Below, piece after piece: positions 1 through 12,249 of a stretch of DNA of 64,000 nucleotides (position 1 is the stretch's first letter; every line of letters begins with the position of its first letter). The stretch is taken from NCBI GenBank assembly GCA_964016885.1, contig OZ024742.1:293942001-294006000 (forward strand). The letters are read 5' to 3'. The DNA is from Eledone cirrhosa. Lineage: Eukaryota. The notes beneath the pieces are model-generated. The model was not told where the DNA came from and ran no database searches. It saw only the letters and a program-made list of their open reading frames with translations. The translations under genes were made by a program, and so were the position numbers.

Positions 1-3000
1 GAGAATCAGCATCAACAGGGAGGTGGCAATAGACACAATAATTCGATTCGCGACTTTCACGCGTTCCATTTGAATGAGAGGAATCAACAGAGAAATGCAC
101 TATTTCAAGCCAGCAGATTGTTCCAGGAATACTGTTGTATGGCATTCGCAAAGATCGAAAATCAAAGGCTAAATTATATAGCTACACATCAGCAACATAT
201 CAGAGCTGAATTGTATAATATACAGGATGCGATAACAGCCGATGATGCCAATTACAAGCAAATTGGTCGACGCATCATTTTACCATCGTCGTTCATCGGC
301 GGCCCGAGATATATGAACATTCGCTATCAGGATGCAATGGCTATTGTCAGAAAGTTTGGAAAGCCAGATTTGTTTATAATGGTTACATGCAATCCTGAAT
401 GGACTGATATTAAGGATGCACTTTTGCCAGGACAACAGCCAAAGGACCGTCCTGATATTGTGGCAAGAGTATTCAAAGGATATCTGAAAAAGATAATGGA
501 TGATGTGGAAAAAGAGGGAATCTTTGGAGGTATAGTTGCTTTTACATACGTAATTGAATTCCAAAAAAGAGGATTGCCACATGCACATTTGCTGATCATT
601 TTACATATAGATTGCAAATTGAGATGTGCTGAGCATGTCGACAGCATTGTGTGTGCTGAACTGCCGGAAATGAGGCACTACGCAACTTGGTGGCAAAGTC
701 AATGGTGCACAACCAATGCGGAGTGGCAAATCGGAAAGCGCCTTGCATGAAAAATGGCTAATGCAGTAAGCACTTTCCGAAATCTTTTGTCACGAACACT
801 TCCTGGAACGATGGGGATGCTCATCCCTCATACAGAAGACGGTCGCCTGCAGATGGCGGTTTGGTCGAAAATGTAAACGGTCGACAAGTTACAAAACAAT
901 GGGTTGTGCCATACAATCCATATTTGATTATGAAATATCGTTGTCATATTAATGTGGAAATTTGTAGCTCAGTGAAAGCTTGCAAATATCTATTCAAATA
1001 TGTTTACAAAGGTCATGATCGGGCAATGATCAATGTCAGGAATGAGGAAGCGAACCAAGGAGATGAAGTTGGCAGGTTCCAGGATGTTCGCTCGATTAGA
1101 TCTAGCGAAGCTTGCTGGAGATTGTTCGATTTTCATCTCAATGAACGCAAACCCAGCGTTCAGAAACTGACGGTTCACTTAGAGAATAGGCAAATGCTCT
1201 GTTTTCAAGACACTAGAAGAGGTGTCGAAAGAATTGCTAACGCACCACCTCCTGAGACGGAATTGACTGAGTGGTTCAAGCATAATAGGGAACATGCTTT
1301 GAACCCGGATCAAAAACAGCTCTACTGCGATTTTCCTTCGCACTATACGTGGGATAAGAAGGGAAAGAAATGGAATGATAGAAAACAAAAGTTGAGATTC
1401 ATGACTATTGGACGGGTTTGTAATGTCCATCCAGCAACTAGTGATGTGTTTTATCTCCAAATTCTGTTGCATAGTGATTTTTCGAGAGGTAAACAGAGCT
1501 TCGCTGATTTGAAAACAATCAATGGCGTGGAATATGAAACATACCAGGCTGTGTGTCAGCATCTGGGACTCCTTCAGAATGACGCTGAATGGAATAACGC
1601 CATGGAAGCTGCAAGAACAACACAGATGCCAGCTCAAATAAGGCAGTTGTTTGTCATGATTCTAGGATTCTGCAATCTTGCCGATCCAAGAGAGTTATTT
1701 GAACGCCATTGGGGAATTATGGCTGATGATTTTAGGCATCATCTTCAGGTCGATGATGAGCAACTGCTTGAAGTTCATTTCAAATGTTTAACAGATTTCA
1801 ATTTGCCAATTCCTGATGAAGAAATGCGGCAACGTGTCTTAGCATTGAACATGGGATTGCAGCTTAGACGGTTGCCACTCGATCGGAGGGAAGTATTTCA
1901 GTTTGACCACTGGAACAGCAATGTATTGTGGATGAACGTATACCAATGTTGACCCAATCTCAGAGAGAATTGGTCGATGGCGTTCTCCACTTGATTTCCA
2001 CTAATGAGCAACTTTGTGCTTTCATAGATGCTCCAGGAGGCACCGGAAAGACATTCTGTTTCAACACTATGTTATCGGCAGTCAGAGCTCAGAGGAAGAT
2101 TGCTCTCCCTGTGGCCACCAGTGGGATCGCTGCCACTTTGCTGAGCCGTGGAAGGACCTTCCACTCATGCTTCAAGGCTCCATTGGCTCCGGATGAGTTG
2201 AGTGTCTGTAACATTACAGGACAAAGTGAACGCACGGGCCTTATACGCAATACGTCTCTGATTATTTGGGACGAGGCTCCAATGGTACACAGATATTTAC
2301 TGGAGGCATTGGACAGAACTTTGAGAGATATCTGCGGTAGTGACCTGCCATTCGGTGGTAAGTTCTTGGTGGCAATTTCAGACAGGTGCTACCAATTGTT
2401 AGGAATGCTCAAAGAGCGCAAATTGTTGATGCATGTCTGAAAAAGTCCCCGTTGAGGCGTCATTTCAGAGTTTTGCGATTACACGATAATATGCGACTTC
2501 ATACGGCCGATGGTTGATGCAGTTGGGAAACGATGAATTGCCACACATTGGTGATAATCAGACTGTAAGAATCCCAGACTATTTGGTCATGCCACTGAAC
2601 CGCCAAGCATTGGGTGTTCCCTAATTTGAATGCTTTTTGGCAGAATATCTCCGGGATATCGGAACGCGTTATTCTAACTCATACGAATGCAACGGTCGAT
2701 GAAATAAATTCACAAGTAGCCGGAATGTTTCCTGGAGAGGAATGGTTGACCGTCAGTGCGGATGCAATGGAGCCTAATCAGCAGAACAATATGGATGTTC
2801 CGACTGAGTATCTGAATTCACTTCAAATACCCGGATTTCCCCCACATATTTTGAGGTTGAAAAAGGGTATGCCGATTATATTGCTTAGAAATATCAATCA
2901 TAAATTGGGTCTTTGCAATGGTTTCAGATTGATTGTTGAGAAATTGATTAACGGAAGAATTTTAGAAGCTAAACTCTTAGGCAGAGAGGAATCGGTTCTC

Positions 3001-3279
3001 ATTCCGAGGATCATGCTGAGACCAAGTAACGATCTGCTGCCATTCATTTGGCAAAGGAGACAGTTTCCCGTCAATTTGGCCTTCTCCATGACTGTCAACA
3101 AGGCAAAGGGACAGACTTTCAAGCGAGTCGGTGTCTACTTGAATGATCCAGCATTCAGCCATGGGCAACTGTATGTTGCTGCATCTCGAGTGTGCGATCC
3201 TGATGGTATAAAATTTGCAATTGATAAAACTAACAGAGGAACAACCCTGAATATTGTCTATAATGAAGCTTTGAGCTGA
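1..3279 (+). mobile_element. Helitron RepHel (HUH Rep + PIF1 helicase), disrupted by stops and frameshifts; 5' part lies outside the window
   Basis: ORFs 70-750 (GKPDLFIMVTCNPEW; EFQKRGLPHAHLL HUH motif), 861-1952 (WVVPYNPYL..HINVEIC..KYLFKYVYKGHD), 1928-2440 (Walker A DAPGGTGKT, SGIAATLL, DEAPM) and 2614-3279 (QFPVNLAFSMTVNKAKGQT, FSHGQLYVAASRV, NIVY). Confidence 0.96.
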
Positions 3280-3310
3280 TGTATGCATATCTTTAATGCT
3301 ATCAATAAGC

Positions 3311-3645
3311 GACGTAAATGATTCGGACATTGGTGCCCTTTGGTCGGTATTGTGAGCTTTGACAGAGTAATCATTTATGTTCAATGTCATTTAATTTCGT
3401 TATGAGCAATAAAAACAAACAAGTATTGGTAAAAATTGCTTTCACTGCTATGTTGCGCAATAAATACCAACAAGTATTGGTAGAAATTGCCTTCACTGCT
3501 ATGAATATTCAACGTAAATGATTCAGACATTGGTGTCCTTTGATCAGTATTGTGAGTTTTGACAGAGTTATCATTTCTGTTCAATGTCATTTATTGTCGA
3601 TAATGAGCAATAAAAACCAACAAGTATTGGTAGAAATTGCCTTCA
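3311..3645 (+). repeat. ~200-bp imperfect tandem duplication in the Helitron 3' UTR
   Basis: acgtaaatgattc.gacattggtg.cctttg.tc.gtattgtgag.tttgacagagt occurs at ~3312 and ~3512; sub-repeat gcaataaa.ac.aacaagtattggta.aaattgc occurs three times. Confidence 0.85.
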
Positions 3646-3990
3646 AATTTATCGCTTCTGATAGCGATGGTAATAAAACCTCATCATATGCTGAGTCAGG
3701 CAAAAAGTTTGGTGCCTATGGCCGGCCAGCGCTAGAGTAATATTGAAAAACGATTCTATTTTCGAAGTAGAAGGATCCGCCATTTGGAGTTCAAACCAGG
3801 CCACCTCCCCGAGTTGAACTCTGGGCAATATTGACTGTCTATTACTGAGTGGCCAAGAGCCTGGAAAATACTGAATAAATTTTTGTGTCATATAATTTGT
3901 TGTTTTATTATTATAGCTGACCACTTATAGATAAGCATGTTATCCATATCCATATTAATTTAGCATTTGTATAAACCATTTCAAGTAAAT

Positions 3991-4391
3991 AGGGACCTTT
4001 TTTACATTGACGGACATCTTTTATATTAATTATCTATATCTATATCTACATATAATATAAAAGATTGGAACTTCCATCATTCTTTTGAGAAACGTGGAAC
4101 AACCACGTCTATGCAATGATACACGTTTTACAGTCAGGCAGAAGATGAACCATCTCCTAGAGGTCATTATTCTAGGTAGGAGCACCTAGAATTGTTCATA
4201 TACTATGCACAAACGGTACAATGAAGAATCTGGTAAATCTAGAAGATTTTTTTTACTGTTTTTGGTATCACACAGACACCACGGACACGCCTCATACTGT
4301 AACCAGACAAACATCCAATACAGTCATTTTCTATTTTACCTGTCTTCTCTTATCATCTGTTTGCCTGAGGAAAGCTGGGTACGTCAGCTAG
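3991..4391 (+). mobile_element. Helitron 3' terminal module ending in CTAG
   Basis: Ends aagctgggtacgtcagCTAG (4388-4391); about 200 bp are near-identical to 5150-5350. Confidence 0.75.
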
Positions 4392-5379
4392 TCTATATAT
4401 TAATTTCAAGAACGTCAGTATTCTGTGTGTCATAATTCTCGATTATCATTGGTTCATAGGTTTCAAACGACTCCGCCCACTTCAACGACGCCAAACTTAA
4501 ATTAATACGCATAATGCCAATGAGGGAGTGAGAGGGGAGAGTAAGAAACAGAGAGGCAAAGTGAACGCTGTAACTATTACCATGTGTGCGTGTGTATGTA
4601 CCTGCGCGTATGTTTATGTGTGTGTGCGTGCGTGCAGTGTTCCACAGAAAGTAAAAACTATCAACATGTGTGAGTGTGTAAGTGTGTGTAAGTGCACGGG
4701 TGCGTGTGTAAGTTTGCGTGCGTGTGCGCGTTTCCATGCGTGTATGTGTGTGTACGTGGGGCGTTCTACAATCGCCACGCAGTTTATCTGTCTGTGTGCC
4801 TGTCTGTCAGTCTAACATACACAGAGTTGTGAAGGGAGTAAACAGGGACCTTTTTTTACATTGACGGACATCTTTTATATTTATTATTGTGTCATTTTTT
4901 GACAATTGCTCGAAATGAATACTGATAATAAAAGCAATTCGACTTTATCAAACAGTGAACTACAGCGGCGACGGCGTGCAGCCAGGAATGAAGAAAAACG
5001 GGCTGAAACCACGCCATCGTAACGCCGAACTTCAGAGGCGAAGACGTGTCGCTATAAATGAAGAGGAGCTGGCTGAACAACGCCAACGAAACACTGGAGC
5101 CAAGCAGCGACGGCGTGCTGCGATGGTTGAAGACGAACTGGCTGAGCATCATCTTTTATATTAATTATCTATATCTATATCTACATATAATATAAAAGAT
5201 TGGAACTTCCATCATCCTTTTGAGAAACGTGGAACAACCACGTCTATGCAATGATACACGTTTTACAGTCAGGCAGAAGATGAACCATCTCCCAGAGGTC
5301 ACTATTCTAGGTGGGAGCACCTAGAATTGTTCATATACTATGCACAAACGGCACGGGCGAAGCTGGGTACGTCAGCTAG
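4392..5379 (+). mobile_element. Internally deleted Helitron unit (TC...CTAG)
   Basis: Starts TCTATATAT directly after the previous CTAG. Contains an R/E-rich helical-repeat coding fragment (4940-5148). Ends cacgggcgaagctgggtacgtcagCTAG followed by T. Confidence 0.7.
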
Positions 5380-5690
5380 TAAATATTATTTAGAAAATGT
5401 GGGTGAAAACACAAACACATATCCTCTTAGCTTCGTCCAAACAAATAAATCTCACACACACACACACGTATACAAATACACACATGTATACACACACACA
5501 CATATACAGTTAGATCCATTCAATCACCACCTTTCCAAACAAGATTATCTTACAAAAAACGCCAGCATCAACAGTTTTCCTAGAGATGCCAACCTGAATA
5601 GACCTGTTTTTTCTCTAAAAAAAATATTTTTTGTTTCTGCCACTGTCCATCTTCCCAATCTTTCTATTTTTCCTTTAATTTCTCATTCTA

Positions 5691-5726
5691 TTTTCTGATG
5701 AAGGACTAGCATCCGAAACGTTAAGA
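5691..5726 (+). ncRNA. Putative minimal type-I hammerhead ribozyme in a Penelope-like repeat
   Basis: tttt-CTGATGA-a-GGA ctagca TCC-GAAA-CGTT-aaga. Flanks ~5560-5757 are homologous to ~63720-63985. Confidence 0.6.
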
Positions 5727-5791
5727 CTCTTTTTCTACTATATCAAGCGTAAAACTGACTGTCGTTTGCCTTTTGCATATCTATCTATCTA

Positions 5792-5887
<96 letters not shown>

Positions 5888-6253
5888 GTTTACAAATATC
5901 ACTGAATTTACTTCAATGAGCTCCAGCCCCTGGTCACTCACTCATTGAGCTAACAAGTTTCTAAGTGAGAAAATGTTGGCTATCAGTCAGGGTGTACACA
6001 ATAGTTAATCAGTAAGATGGCCATGTTTTAGTAATGACACTTCCTTATAAAATTCCTAGTTGGATCACGTTTCTGCACAACATTCTGTTTATAACAGTTG
6101 CAGAGAATTTTCTAATATCAGCAGATATTATGCAATCAGGTTACAGCATGTCTTCACCAGGATTGCCCTTCCCAACATTGTGCTGTTCAAAGTAAACACA
6201 TTTATATTTATTTTGTGTTCCAGCAGACAAGTTGAGGCCATACTAGGGCACCA

Positions 6254-6358
<105 letters not shown>

Positions 6359-6729
6359 TCTCCTTATGTAGAGTACAAAACGTTGAATAATGCTGCTAAT
6401 TTTAGTGGCAATATCAACATGTTTATAATAAACAGCTATTATCTGCGACCTGATTTTGCGTGTGTGTCATTTTAACGGCCTGACCGCATGCGTTGGGCAG
6501 GAAGCGAAATATTTACTTACTATAGGGCTGGCAACCTTATAGTGTGGAAATAAGCTGTCTGAAGATTCATTTCTTTCCATTGGAAATTCTCTGGATTTCC
6601 AATCTTTTGGAATGATGAAACCGTCGGTAACAGCAATAGAACAGATGATTATTTAAATCGTTTTTTTAATTTATTTAGAGAATTGTTTGATAACCGCTTG
6701 CTCAGCTATTTATATATATATATATATGT

Positions 6730-7498
6730 ATATTTGAAAAAAAGGAAAAGAATGACTTCACTTGTAGTGTTAAAAAATTTGATTTAATTTTATAATATTA
6801 TAATATTATGAGTTGGTAGATCTAGTAAGTTCTTCGTTAACTTCGGTGGGACCTTCCCAAACACCCTTATCTTGCGACCTCACCATTTTCTGAGTGTATA
6901 TATGTGTGTGTGTATGTGTGTGTGTACGTGTGTGTGTATGTGTGTGCGTATGTATGCTTTAATTCCTCTGGATCTTCATCATCATCAACACTCATTAACA
7001 CCACACCCCACACCCCAGACACATCCAAATCTCTCTTATATATAGTCACACATCTCAACACAACCTGATCTCAGTTTGACAATCGCCACAGACGAATGCG
7101 AGAAGGTTCTCCAACCCAAGTAAACCAGGAATCTTTAAAATTCTTCCCACGGAAGTTAACAAAGAACTTACTAGATCTACCAATTCATAATATTATAATT
7201 GTTTCTACTTTAGGCACAAGGCCAGCAATTACCCAGTGCATTACTGGTACTTTATCTTATCGACCCCGTAAGGATGAAAGGCAAAGTCAACCTCGGCGGG
7301 ATTTGAACTCAGATCGTAAAGGGACGTAACTATGCTGGAAAGCATGGCGTCCGATCCTCTACCGATACTGCCAATCCACCGTTCATAATATTATAATATT
7401 ATAAAATTAAATCAAATTTTTTAACACTACAAGTGAAGTCATTCTTTTCCTTTTTTTCAAATATACCTAACTGTACCAAGGATCTCACACATTTTCCA
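6730..7498. repeat. Inverted-repeat element flanked by (TA)n, with a nested SINE
   Basis: 6730-6851 is the reverse complement of 7145-7199 plus 7398-7465. Another family member lies at 62124-62345. Confidence 0.8.
7200..7381 (-). mobile_element. tRNA-derived SINE with Meta/MESC-like core and 16-bp TSD
   Basis: Minus strand: A box tggcagtatcgg, B box gagttcaaatcc, core cctttcatccttacggggtcgataagataaagtaccag. TSD ttcataatattataat at 7184-7199 and 7382-7397. Confidence 0.9.
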
Positions 7499-7674
7499 AT
7501 ATATATATATATAAAAACATGAGAAGAAAGAAGAATACTGCGTGGTTGCACATGGGTTACATATGATAAAAATAGTCCTTCGTCAGTGATTTTCCAACCA
7601 TCATTGGTATTTCATCGCATTAAAAATCATATATATATACGTGTTTGCGTGTGTAAAAACAATGATGATGATGA

Positions 7675-7714
<40 letters not shown>

Positions 7715-7916
7715 GTGCTCTTTGTTCGGCATTTTTTCTACGCCTGGATGCCCTTACTATCACCAATCACGCCACGGCGATGGGGGGGTGGGGGGGGGGT
7801 AGGAAGTTGAGAATAATTGTTAGAGAGTGCTAGTGGAAGGGGAAAGGTAGGTTAGGTCACATTGTATGCTGCAGTTCAGGTCGATATATACATATATATA
7901 TTTATATATACATATA

Positions 7917-8799
7917 CAGGGTGAGAACGATATTTGTTCGCAAGATTACTGTCTAGGAAAAAATAATACAGTAGTTTTATTTTTTAAGATTTATTTATCA
8001 AACTTGGGTCAGTTTGTCTTCATGACTTGTTCTTTCGATCTCACTCGATAAACCCGCCATTGGCTTTGATGACAGCCTCAAGGCAGCCTCGGAACCGGCT
8101 ACAGGCCTTCGTCACTGTCTCCCGACTTAGGCCCCTAAAGGCACTTGTGATCCTGGCCTTCAGATCGTCTTTCGTATTGCAGCTAGATCTGTTGGTGTCT
8201 CGTTCCACTGCGCCCCACACAAAGAAGTCGAGGGGGTTGCAGTCAGGCGAGCTGGGAGGCCAGATGTCAGGTGAAGTGTGGTCGACGAAGTTCTCTGACA
8301 GCCAGGCTTGGGTCTTTCGGCTGTAATGGCAGGGCGCTGAGTCTTGCTGCCACACATACGGCCTACCTGCAGCTACCTGGTCCATCCAGGGCTTTACTAC
8401 CTCACTCAGAACGCAGATGTAGCCATCGGTATTCAGCTTGAGGCCCTCAGGGAAGAAGTGGGGTGGCATGACATCACCTTGACTGCTGACGACACCTAAG
8501 ACCAATGTTGTCGCTGGAAACTTTGTCTGCATGACTCTGGGCACGTCTTTGGATGAGACAGCGAGCCACCTGTTGTTCTGGGAGTTGATCTTCTGGTCCT
8601 TATTTGTCCTCCCGGCGCGGATTCCAAGAAGAACTCCGTGTCTCTTCCACAAATTTGGAGGTTTAAAATTATTCATAATCAATTATTCTGAAAATAATAT
8701 AGTCACTGTTTTTATGAAGACAAGAGTGACAACGGAAGTAAAAAAAAATTGCATAAAATTAGCAGTTGAAAATTGCGAACAAATATCGTCCGCACCCTG
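7917..8799 (-). mobile_element. Tc1/mariner DD37D (maT) transposon, internally deleted
   Basis: 27-bp TIRs (cagggtgagaacgatatttgttcgcaa / ttgcgaacaaatatcgtccgcaccctg) with TA TSD. ORF 8041-8682 has QQD-37 aa-D (WPPSSPDCNPLD); the first catalytic D and most of the HTH are missing. Confidence 0.93.
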
Positions 8800-8880
8800 T
8801 ATATATCTAACACAAGTTAGCGTGGAAAATGGACGTTAAACGAAGATGATGATGATTATGATAATGATGATATATATATA

Positions 8881-9044
8881 TCATCATCATCATCATCATC
8901 ATCATCATCGTTTAACGTCCATTTTCCACGCTAGCATGGGTCTGGACGGGAATTGTCCCACTTGAGGCAAGATTGGTTGTCTTGCTCAGGACTGTCTGGC
9001 GGGTTTTCTACGGCTGGATGCCCTTCCTAACACCAACCACGTTT

Positions 9045-9045
<1 letters not shown>
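8881..9045 (-). mobile_element. RTE-tailed SINE fragment
   Basis: Minus strand gtgttaggaagggcatccagccgtagaaaac...gcgtggaaaatggacgttaaac(gat)n. Confidence 0.75.
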
Positions 9046-9096
<51 letters not shown>

Positions 9097-9209
9097 TTAG
9101 TGCATGTGTGTGTATCCAATCTTTGCTGACAGAGAGAATGGATGTTAAATGATGATGATGATGATATACACACATAAACATGGTCACCCGGATAGTAAAC
9201 CAAGTCATA

Positions 9210-11215
9210 CAGAATGGGGTTGTCCGAAGGACTGGCGTAGCAGCATCATCATTAACTGTTACAAGGGTAAAGGAGACGCCCTAGATAGGAGTAACTATAG
9301 AGGCATTAAATTAATCGATCAGGTCATGAAGGTCACGGAAAAAGTAATAGTGCAACTAATCAGAGAGAGAATTGATCTAGATGAAATGCAGTTCGGGTTT
9401 GTGTCAGGCAAAAGTACCACAGACGCTCTTTTCATTGTACGACAACTACAGGAGAAGTACCTAGCTAAAAGTAAACCCCTATACTTAGCCTTTGTCGACT
9501 TGGAGAAAGCCTTCGACAGAGTCCCCCGTTCCATTATCTGGTGGGCTCTTAGAAAACTAGGTGTTGACGAATGGCTTGTGAGAGCTATACAAGCCATGTA
9601 TAAAGAAACAATGAGCAAGGTTAGAATTAACAACGAATATAGTGAAGAGTTTAGCGTAAAAGTTGGTGTCCATCAGGGGTCTGTTCTTAGCCCCCTACTA
9701 TTTATTATTGCTCTTCAGGCTATAACAGAGGAGTTCAAGACCGGCTGCCCATGGGAACTCCTATACGCAGATGACTTAACGCTCATAGCTGAATCAATGG
9801 CCGAGCTAGAGAAGAAATTCCAAACATAGAATCAAAAGGCCTTAAAATTAACCTGGCTAAGACTAAAGTTCTAGTTTGTAGGAAAGAAAATAAGGCGCCG
9901 GTCCCTTCCGGGAAATGGCCATGCTCAGTGTGTAGGAAAGGCGTAGGTAGAAACTCCATTTTATGTCCCAAATGCAAAGTATGGGTGCATAAAAGATGTA
10001 GTGGGATCACAGGTAAGCTAACTAAGAACACAGATTTTACATGTGGCCGGTGCTCTGGTGCAATAAGTAGCAGCAAGTGCCCACAGAATACTAGCTCTTT
10101 CAACTGCGAAGCGGGTTCTATAGAAATAGTGGACAGCTTCCGTTACCTGGGTGACAAAATCAGTAGTGGGGGAGGGTGCTCTGAAAGTACAGTAGCTAGA
10201 GTCAGAACTGGATGGAAAAAGTTCAGAGAGCTTATACCACTATTAGCCGCTAAAGGGTTCTCCCTAAAAATGAAAGGCAGGTTGTATGAGGCCTGCATAT
10301 GAACAGCAATGTTGCATGGCAGTGAGACCTGGGCATTGTGTGCAGAGGATATACGCAGACTAGAGAGGAATGAAGCTTGCATACTCCGCTGGATGTGTAA
10401 TAGTAATATACGCGAACGGCAAAGCATAAACGAACTAAGGAAAAAATTAGAAATAAGAGGGATCAGATGTTGTTTACTCGAGAGAAGGCTACGTTGGTAT
10501 GGTCACGTGATGCGCATGAAAGACGACAGCTGTATAGCAAAGTGCAGGGCAATAAAGATAGACGGTAGCCACGGACTAGGCAGACCCAGAAAAACCTGGG
10601 ACGAACTGATAAATTCCGACCTCACACACTTACACCTCTCCAAGACAATGTCACTGGACTGAGATCTTTGGCGGTACTCAGTAATAGAGAAGACCCGCCT
10701 TACCTAAATACAAAGTAAAACCTACTACAGTCAGTAGGCATCTCTAACAAAATACACCCCCGTCCCACCAGCCCCACCCCATCCACACCGCCCCTTTCAA
10801 TGTAAAGTTATGTTGGTGCCACAAAATCCAGGCCAAAACAAATGAGATCGTGTAGGTGTCACGACAAAAAAACACACAGTCCACGCTGTAATGTGACCGT
10901 GTAGGCAACACGGTAAAAACCTCCCAGTCCCACACTGTAAATGTGGTTGGTGTTAGGAAGGGCATCCAGCTGTAGAAAACCCGCCAGACAGTCCACGCTG
11001 TAATGTGGCTGTGTAGGCAACACGGTAAAAACCTCCCAGCCCCACGCTGTAAATGTGGTTGGTGTTAGGAAGGGCATCCAACTGTAGAAAACCCGCGAGA
11101 CAGTCCTATGCGAGCAAGACAACCACTCTTGCCTCAAGTGGGAAAACTCCCGTCCAAACCCATGCAAGCGTGGAAGATGGACGTTAAACGATGATGATGA
11201 TGATGATGATGATGA
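9210..11215 (+). mobile_element. RTE-clade (BovB-like) LINE, 5'-truncated and disrupted
   Basis: RT motifs NYRGIKL, QFGF, FVDLEKAFDRV, GVHQGSVLSP, YADD; Cys-rich insert; RRLRWYGHVMR; GRPRKTW; long 3' UTR and (GAT)n tail. Confidence 0.93.
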
Positions 11216-11763
11216 AACATACTCACATGTGTATGTATGTACACTTATATAAGACATCAATCTGTCCATTATATCTATAATCAATAACAATCTATATCTG
11301 TTTTGAGAAAAGGTCTTTTCTCCACAAATATATCTTCAAAACATTAGAGTTTGAAGATTATGAAAGGTTAAAGAATTAGGTACCAAAATATATTGTCTTC
11401 AAAATCAAGTGCTGATTTCTCAATATGTTTGATGGATGCTTTTCTAACTTCCTTGCATCATTAATTCTTTTGGAACTTCCCATTTTAGTCACAACAGATA
11501 ATCAAGCAAATATACAAATATTTATGGAAGCAACAAGCATTTTATGGTTGTTGTTGTTGTTGTTGTTGTTTTGTTTTTTTTGTTTTTTTTTTTTGTTTTT
11601 TTGTTTTTTTGTTTTTTTTTTTTTTGGGGGGGGGGTCTACTAAAGCAGGAGCTAACTTCATGCGCTCCATTTTAAGTTTCATGCTCATCATTCATGCTCA
11701 TCATGTTTTACTGCCAGATGCTTTTTCTGCCACCAACCCACTCATGACATGCAGAGATATAGT

Positions 11764-12047
11764 CAGGGCCAGATTTAATGGGGGGGGGGGCAAAAGGGGC
11801 AATTGTCCCAGGCCCCCTGCAGTGTGGGGGGGGGCACCAGTGACAGCCGTACCAATTTATTAGTGCCCTCAGCTGCGCTTTTTAGTTTTAGGATGGTTAG
11901 AATTTTTTTAAATTTAATACCTGTGCCAAGCTACCATTAATATGTAAAATGGGGGGGGGGGTTACTGTGTATTCTAATTTTTTGTGTATGAGGGGCCCCC
12001 CAAACCTGAAGTGCCCCAGGTCCCCCAAGGTCTAAATCCCACCCTTG
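11764..12047. mobile_element. MITE, probably hAT-like
   Basis: Imperfect TIRs cagggccagatttaa / ctaaatcccaccct with G/C-run subterminal inverted motifs; TSD not clear. Confidence 0.55.
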
Positions 12048-12249
12048 AGAACTTATTTACCTATCAACTTTTGTGATGTGACTTGGTAAGTAAATGTGAG
12101 GAAGAAACAATAAAAACAAAGCTATCAAAAACTGTCAAAACCAATGATGCTTGCCCTAAGTTTCTGGTTGATACTTGGTAGACATTGCATATAAAGCAAT
12201 ATCAAAGGAAAATGTTATAATAATGATAATAATCCAAATATAATAAAGA

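Noticed and set aside
7200-7381. A/B-box sequence as a tRNA gene
   Set aside because: It is a SINE head: no cloverleaf, multiple copies, and a TSD.
7517-7620. Minus-strand CTGACGA-AGGAC as a hammerhead
   Set aside because: No closing stem II or GAAA follows.
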